The position numbers and the translations under genes are program-made. The notes below the pieces were generated by a model. It saw only the letters and a list, made by a program, of their open reading frames with translations, did not search any database and was not told where the DNA came from. Source: Candidatus Parvarchaeota archaeon (GTDB taxonomy: Archaea > Nanobdellota > Nanobdellia > JAFCGN01). Taken from it: a stretch of DNA of 53,166 nucleotides. Within the stretch, counting starts at the first letter, position 1. Each line of letters begins with the position of its first letter. The DNA lies in contig JAFCGN010000007.1 of assembly GCA_017608045.1 (NCBI GenBank), positions 1 through 53,166 of the forward strand, read 5' to 3'. Shown piece after piece: positions 47,383 to 53,166 of this stretch.

Positions 47383-47785
47383 GTTTTTTGTGTTTTTTAT
47401 TAAAAACTAAAAGCAAATTTTTTGTTCTTAAGGTGATTTAAGGAGTTTTTAATATTTTGTTTTGCAGGGGTTTGAGGTAATAAGAAAGAACAAATTGTTG
47501 TGATCAATATTTCAAAATTATTTTTCTTAATCAAAAACACTTGCAAGCACTACTAAAATAATTACTTCTAAAAGAGTTAAACCAACAAAAATTAGAGAAG
47601 TTGTTTTTCATAGGCATCCTATTAAAAGTAGAACGCTCCCTCTAAAATATACCTTTGCAATGCTGTTTCTTTTCAGGAGCATTGACATTAGCTAATTTAA
47701 CCATAAATTTGATGATTAAATTTGTTCAATACAGATTCATAATTTTTTCGGTAGATTTATATATATCTTAATTATTTTAAGTAAT

Positions 47786-48853
47786 ATGGACAAGAGGACA
47801 AAAAAAGACAAAATTCTTCAGGATATTTCTTCTGCACTTAAGAAAAAACCCATGACTATAAATGAACTTGCAGAAACAATAGATCTTAATTGGACAACTG
47901 TAAGAGACAACTTGAAGATTTTGGAGAATTTAGGTCTTGTAAATTTCGAACATGAAAAAAGTAAAAAAATTTACTTTGTAAAGGAAGACCTTACTATTAA
48001 AGTAAAGAGAAGTAACACTTTTTTTGGATTACCTATATCTTCTGAACAAGAAAAAATTTTCAATACACTATTTAGTAAAACAAGAGAATTATGGGTTAAA
48101 GTAACTGGAAAAGAACCTGGAAAAACAAAGGTTTATAAAACAGCAGTTGAAGCAATCAAAGAATTAGGTTTAGAAGTACCTTATGGTTGGTATAAATTTG
48201 GAGAAGTATGTTTAATGACTTATGAACCAGAAAAAGAATACGTGCCTGAAATACAAATACCAAAAATTGATAGTGTAATAGAAAGAATTATAGAAAAATT
48301 TAAGACAATGAACACACTCGAGTTAGAAATTTATTGTTATTCAAAAAATTCTCTATATAAATCAAGTTTAGAAATAAGAAAAAAGTTAATAGAATGTGGG
48401 GGAAATATTAAAAATCTGGAAGGGTTACAAAAAGATCTTTATACTTTTCTCTTTTCAATGAAAAAAGGGGTATATGATGAAGAAACATTTGACTTAGTAA
48501 GAGATTTTGTGATTATTACTTCATTTTTAGTAAATAGCAAAAAAAATGCTCTGCCTCAAATAATACTTGCTTTTGAAACGATTTGGTCATTAATTGCAAT
48601 TTTTAATTTTATGTATTCTCTTGAAAAAGAATTTGGTTACAGTAGAAAAATGTTAGAAGAATATATGAAAGATAAAATACTTTCAGCTAAAGAAGAATGT
48701 AATTGTATATTATCGGATTTAAGTGAATTAATGAAAGAGAGTTTGTCTTCGAATGAAAAAGGATTTTCTCAAGGAAAATTAAAAGGTAAACTAAAAGAAA
48801 TTGATAGAGAAGAAGTGTTTGAAGAGTTTGCAGAAAAAATTTCTAAACATTAA
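47786..48853 (+). CDS. wHTH protein with SocA/Panacea(DUF4065)-like middle domain
   Basis: MTINELAETIDLNWTTVRDNLKILENLGLV HTH; KTKVYK...GWYKFG...T.ELE..Y pattern; helical C-terminus. The antitoxin-domain call is tentative. Confidence 0.65.
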   Translation: MDKRTKKDKILQDISSALKKKPMTINELAETIDLNWTTVRDNLKILENLGLVNFEHEKSKKIYFVKEDLTIKVKRSNTFFGLPISSEQEKIFNTLFSKTRELWVKVTGKEPGKTKVYKTAVEAIKELGLEVPYGWYKFGEVCLMTYEPEKEYVPEIQIPKIDSVIERIIEKFKTMNTLELEIYCYSKNSLYKSSLEIRKKLIECGGNIKNLEGLQKDLYTFLFSMKKGVYDEETFDLVRDFVIITSFLVNSKKNALPQIILAFETIWSLIAIFNFMYSLEKEFGYSRKMLEEYMKDKILSAKEECNCILSDLSELMKESLSSNEKGFSQGKLKGKLKEIDREEVFEEFAEKISKH

Positions 48854-49283
48854 GGAAATCAGATGGAAATAAGATTTCAATTTTATCTATGAAAATACTA
48901 AAGTGTTCTATGTTCCCTGTAACTAAAAAATCTGTCTTGGCTTTTATGGCTAAGACTGCATGTAGGGCATCTGCATAATGCGTTTCATTAGTGCTTCTGC
49001 ATATTTTTCTAGTTTTTTCTATGTCTTCTTTACTGGTCTTTACTTCTTCTGTTTTTAGGTTAAATTCATGAATAATTTTCTCAAAATTTTCCGAAGAAAT
49101 ACCTATTTTTTTACATTCTTCTTTTAACCAATCTGAAACAATAAGGATGAATTGTTCATCTCTAATTTTTTTGAATGTTTCAAATGCAAAGTATGAATGA
49201 GGGATAATTGTGTTCTCCCCTGATAAATAGTTCTTGAAGACATTAGTATCTAAATAAACTCTTTTTTGTTTGTTATTACCCAT
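48843..49283 (-). CDS. PIN domain (VapC-like) nuclease
   Basis: VYLDTNVF, E, YADALHAVLA, LVTGNIEHF. Confidence 0.92.
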   Translation of the reverse strand: MGNNKQKRVYLDTNVFKNYLSGENTIIPHSYFAFETFKKIRDEQFILIVSDWLKEECKKIGISSENFEKIIHEFNLKTEEVKTSKEDIEKTRKICRSTNETHYADALHAVLAIKAKTDFLVTGNIEHFSIFIDKIEILFPSDFLNV

Positions 49284-49490
49284 AAAATCAATACTTGAAC
49301 ATATTTTGTAAATAAATAATTTATTTTTAGTTTATGATAGTAATCTTAAGGAAAACAAGATGTATGCTTTATAATCATAAAAACTTTATAATTAAATAAT
49401 CCTAACAATACTTAGTAATTCATAAACATTAACAAGATTTATGAGTAATGAAGATGATAAGTATTAATTAATTATTTCTCTTACACTTTG

Positions 49491-49528
49491 CTCTCGCCTG
49501 TTCTTTCAGAGAAAAGAACGGGCGGGAG
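49491..49528 (+). other. GC-rich 16-bp stem-loop with G-U pairs
   Basis: CTCTCGCCTGTTCTTT-CAGAGA-AAAGAACGGGCGGGAG pairs fully on the + strand with two G-U wobbles. Confidence 0.7.
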
Positions 49529-49600
49529 TTTAGTATTTAGTAGCGGAAAAAAGTAATATTTATAAGTATGTGTAACTATTTGCTTATTTGAGGAATGAAA

Positions 49601-49753
49601 ATGACATCAAAGAACATAACACTCAAAGTAAATGCTAAGCTTTATAATAAATTTAGAAAACTCTGTAAGGAGGAAGGATGGATAGTATCTCGTCAATTTG
49701 AGAAATGTATGGAAGCAGAGTTAAAAAAGAGAGGACAAGAAAATGGAAGTTGA
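49601..49753 (+). CDS. Small ribbon-helix-helix-like regulator (not in ORF track)
   Basis: GAGGA RBS; MTSKNITLKVNAKLYNKFRKLCKEEGWIVSRQFEKCMEAELKKRGQENGS*; overlaps the next gene's start by 11 nt. Confidence 0.8.
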   Translation: MTSKNITLKVNAKLYNKFRKLCKEEGWIVSRQFEKCMEAELKKRGQENGS

Positions 49754-51830
49754 AACATTATTACGCGATATAGAAAACAAGGATTTAGTTCTGCCTGAAT
49801 TTCAGAGAGAGTTTGTATGGAAAGAACAGGATGTAAAGACATTTATTCAATCTTTGTATAAAGGATACCCTACAGGTTCTTTACTTATTTGGAAAACTCT
49901 TAACCCACCAAAAATAAGGGGAGAAAAAAAAGATGCTGAGGGGGTTTATACTCGTGTTCTTCTTGACGGACAGCAAAGATTAACTACACTTTACTTATTC
50001 ATTAAAGGTAGATCCCCTCCATATTACCCCGATATGAAGAAGCGATTTAATCTTTATTTTAATGTAGAAACTGAAGAGTTCAGATATTTTCAAAAAACTT
50101 TAATGGAAGGTAAGAAAGAATGGATTTCTCTTTTAGATTTTTTTAAAGCTGGAAGTGCTGCTACATTTATAAATAACAGCGAAGACAAGGAGTTTTATTT
50201 TAAACATTTAGATCAATTAACAAAACTTGAAAATATAAAGACATATGATTATTTTGTTGATGAAGAAAAGCTTGGAAAATTAACTGAAATAAAAGAAGTT
50301 GTAAGAATATTTAACTTAGTTAATAAACAAGGACGAACATTATTAGAGGAAGATTTGGCGTTGGCTCATGTTTGTGTTTTTTGGCCTGAAATTAAAGAGA
50401 TTTTTAGAAAAGAATTGGAATTATTAGAAAAAAGCGGTTTTGAATTTGATTTTAATTTTTTGATTTTATGTTTAAACTGTGTTGCAACAGGTCATGCTAA
50501 ATTTGATAGTTTTTATAATGTTTCTGAAGATAAAATAAGAGATGCATGGACAAAAGTAAAGAGAAGTTTGGAATATTTGATTAATATACTTCACGACAAA
50601 GCTTATGTTAGTTCGACTAAATCTTATGAATTAAAATCTAATGCTTTGTTAGTACCGATGATTGTTTACTTATCCAATAACAGGTTTGAATTTAAAGATG
50701 AGAAAACATTAAACAAATTCTTATATTGGTTTTATAATGCAATGATGTGGGGAAGATATACAAGAAGAGGAAAATCATCGCCATTAGAACAAGATGTTGT
50801 AACAATCACAAGAGAAAATTCACCAGAATCATTAATCCATAATTTTAAAAGAGAAGTTCCATATTTTGAAGTCAAGCCTGAAAATATTAAAGGTGCTCCT
50901 GTTACAAGCCCGTTTTTTAATATGATGTTTATTATAGCTAAATCAGAAGGTGCAGTGGATTGGTTTAATGGTCAAGTTTTACATTCAAAATTGATTGGAA
51001 GTTCTTATAGGTTGCACAAACATCATATCTTTCCAAGGAGTATATTAAAGAAATATGGTTATTATAATGAAATTGAAAAGAAAAAAATGGTCAATGAAAT
51101 TGCTAATAGAGCATTCCTAACAGAGAGAGCTAATATTCAAATAAGAAATTCAAAACCTGAGAAGTATTTACCTAAAGTATTGAAAAAATACCCTAGTGCA
51201 TTAAAGTCTCAATTTGTTTCTGAGAAAGAAGATCTTTGGAAAATTGAAAATTTTGAAGACTTTTTAAGAGATAGAAGAAAAAGGATTGCAGAACAAATTA
51301 ACAAATTTATGAAAAATTTAGTGGATAGTGATTTGCCTAAACTAGATATTCGTGAATTAATTAAACAGGAAGAAAGCTACAATCTTGAATTTAAATCAAC
51401 ATTCTCTTGGAATCTAAAAGAAGAAAAAGTAGATAAAGATATAAAATATTCAGTTTTGAAAACAATTGTTGGGTTTATGAATGCAAACGGTGGGACTCTT
51501 CTTATTGGGGTTAGCGATGACAAAAAGATAATTGGCTTGGAATATGACTATAAAGCAAATTGGAAAGGAAACAAAGACGGTTTCTTGCTAGATTTTAGAA
51601 ATTTTATTGAAAAACAGATAGGTATAACAAATTATAATCGTTATATCACCCTAAATTTTATGGAAATTAATAATAAAGAGATTTTAATGGTTCAAGTTGA
51701 AAAAAGTTTAGATCCAATCTTTGTCAAAGCGAACGGTAAGAAAATTATGTATGTTAGATTAGATAACAAAACTGAACCTATAGATGACCCAGAAGAAATA
51801 AATAAGTATATTGAAGATAATTGGAAATGA
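49743..51830 (+). CDS. GmrSD-like (DUF262 + DUF1524/HNH) protein fused to Schlafen/AlbA_2 domain
   Basis: DUF262: LPEFQREFVW, GYPTGSLL.W, LDGQQRLTT, IFNLVN..G. HNH-like: HHIFP...IANRAFL...AN. AlbA_2: EESYNLEFKST, IVGFMNANGGTLLIGVSDD, YVR. Confidence 0.9.
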   Translation: MEVETLLRDIENKDLVLPEFQREFVWKEQDVKTFIQSLYKGYPTGSLLIWKTLNPPKIRGEKKDAEGVYTRVLLDGQQRLTTLYLFIKGRSPPYYPDMKKRFNLYFNVETEEFRYFQKTLMEGKKEWISLLDFFKAGSAATFINNSEDKEFYFKHLDQLTKLENIKTYDYFVDEEKLGKLTEIKEVVRIFNLVNKQGRTLLEEDLALAHVCVFWPEIKEIFRKELELLEKSGFEFDFNFLILCLNCVATGHAKFDSFYNVSEDKIRDAWTKVKRSLEYLINILHDKAYVSSTKSYELKSNALLVPMIVYLSNNRFEFKDEKTLNKFLYWFYNAMMWGRYTRRGKSSPLEQDVVTITRENSPESLIHNFKREVPYFEVKPENIKGAPVTSPFFNMMFIIAKSEGAVDWFNGQVLHSKLIGSSYRLHKHHIFPRSILKKYGYYNEIEKKKMVNEIANRAFLTERANIQIRNSKPEKYLPKVLKKYPSALKSQFVSEKEDLWKIENFEDFLRDRRKRIAEQINKFMKNLVDSDLPKLDIRELIKQEESYNLEFKSTFSWNLKEEKVDKDIKYSVLKTIVGFMNANGGTLLIGVSDDKKIIGLEYDYKANWKGNKDGFLLDFRNFIEKQIGITNYNRYITLNFMEINNKEILMVQVEKSLDPIFVKANGKKIMYVRLDNKTEPIDDPEEINKYIEDNWK

Positions 51831-51835
51831 TAGCA

Positions 51836-52551
51836 ATGAGCAATAAAAAAGTAGAGATTACAAAAGGGTTGAAGTGAGCATAAAACTTTCATTAAAACAT
51901 ACTCCTGCAAAAGATATATCTTGAGTGTTATTAAAGTTAGTCTTTTAGCCGTACTTGTTATTGGTGGGTCAATTTCCTCATTAATTGAAGATTATATTCC
52001 AAGAAAGAAAGAGGAGCGTCTTCTTAGTTTCATAAAAGGATTAACTATCAAACTTGAAGAATATGTCCAGATTGATGTAAAATATATCAAAACAGAAGAT
52101 TTTGCATACTTATTTGAAGAATGTATGAAAGGAGTTTTATCAAACTACCAAGAACAAAAATTATTTTATTTTAAAGGCATTATTATTATAAATTCTTTAA
52201 GGCGAGATATAAAGAACAAAAAGATATTATTTACATCTTGTTAATAGTCTAACAGATTTACATTTAAGAATTTTAGTAACCTCTAATAATCCAAAAGCTT
52301 ATTTTGATAGTTATAATTTAGATGCAAATTTAATTCAGGGAATGTCATTTGGAAAGGTTTTTGAAGTTGCTTTAATAGGAATAGAATCTGAAATGATTAG
52401 GTCAGCATATGGAGACTTATTCTAGATATATTTATTGAATACTGATAAAAGCATTTTTGGAACATTGATAACAGGAACAGGTTTTAATATTGTAAAAGGA
52501 AGAGTTATTAATTTTGGAAGATCTTTTATTGACTTCTGTACAAATTATTGA
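51836..52551 (+). pseudogene. Disrupted Abi-alpha/DUF4393-like gene
   Basis: Fragments MSNKKVEITKGLK*, V..IGGSISSLIEDYIP...KL..F..I.INS and YYLHLVNSLTDLHLRIL...YGDLF*...FGRSFIDFC*; contains frameshifts and an internal TAG. Confidence 0.65.
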
Positions 52552-52604
52552 TTAAATTTTCTTGTCTCCCCTCTAATAAATTTCTTTTACGCAGTAGAAG
52601 ATTA

Positions 52605-52775
52605 TCTGTCCGAGGACTGAACTTCACTCTTTTGTCTTAATGAACGTATTGTCTGCTTCGCAGTTATTGATATCAAAGTAAGTAAAAACTACGGCACCTA
52701 TCCGATTTTCGGCAGTAAGGAAACTCTCTCCGTTCCTTTTATTCCGAGCCACGCTGCTTTCTCATCCTTCAGGTT
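52605..52775. other. GC-richer structured non-coding element
   Basis: Hairpins CTGC-TTC-GCAG (52653-63), CCGA-TTT-TCGG (52702-12) and AAGGAA..TTCCTT (52717-38); no ORF in the track. Confidence 0.45.
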
Positions 52776-52955
52776 TAATTATAATAACAGATTTAACTGG
52801 AAATTCCTTGCAAGAAGTGTAGAAAATTTGGGAAAATCGCTTTGGAAACTTCATTAAATCACATATGTTAATTGTAATTATTTTTAAGGACTAAAAGTAA
52901 AAGAAACAGTTCATGAAAAGAAAGATTTATTAATTAATGGGTATATCTCGGTAAT

Positions 52956-53166
52956 ATGGAAGATCCAATCATTTCTTTTAAAGGACGAAACGGAAAAATT
53001 GAGTTGTATAAAGATTTTGTAAGATTGGATAGAAGAACAGTGATGGGAGTTTTAATGCAAGGATTAAAAGGTAAAAAGGATATTTTTTTTCACAATATAA
53101 CTTCCATTCAAATAAAAAAGCCTGGATTGACCGTAGGTTATCTTCAATTTTCAATTCCAGGGGGTA
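52956..53166 (+). CDS. DUF4429-like (PH-fold) protein, 3'-truncated by window edge
   Basis: MEDPIISFKGRNGKIELYKDFVRLDR....QGLKGKKDI...NITSIQIKKPG.TVGYLQFSIPGG. Confidence 0.75.
   Translation, partial: MEDPIISFKGRNGKIELYKDFVRLDRRTVMGVLMQGLKGKKDIFFHNITSIQIKKPGLTVGYLQFSIPGG

Overview
Very AT-rich archaeal chromosome segment, most consistent with a DPANN-type archaeon (archaeal GlyRS, PheRS, Hjc, Dph6, DtdA, TrmB, class III signal peptides, an intron-containing tRNA; the taxonomy is inference). From left to right: a truncated Nudix gene; a large Cys-repeat/coiled-coil secreted protein; translation housekeeping genes; a decayed nucleotidyltransferase/AbiEi-like patch; a signalling cassette (PAS histidine kinase, two stand-alone receivers, KaiC plus two degenerate KaiC-like domains); a type IV/Tad-like pilus locus with a broken GTPase, MinD and a second ATPase; three tRNAs (Thr-CGT with a 12-nt intron, Phe-GAA, Gln-CTG). 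At 45.7-47.8 kb a coiled-coil/winged-helix gene sits between two long non-coding regions carrying several distinct repeat families. This origin- or centromere-like locus lacks orc1/cdc6 and is my top novelty candidate. It is followed by a defence-like island: a wHTH/antitoxin-like gene convergent with a PIN gene, an RHH gene coupled to a GmrSD-Schlafen (AlbA_2) fusion, an Abi-alpha-like pseudogene and a structured non-coding element. No CRISPR array, rRNA, integrase or transposase was found. All family calls come from motif recognition by eye, with no database searches.
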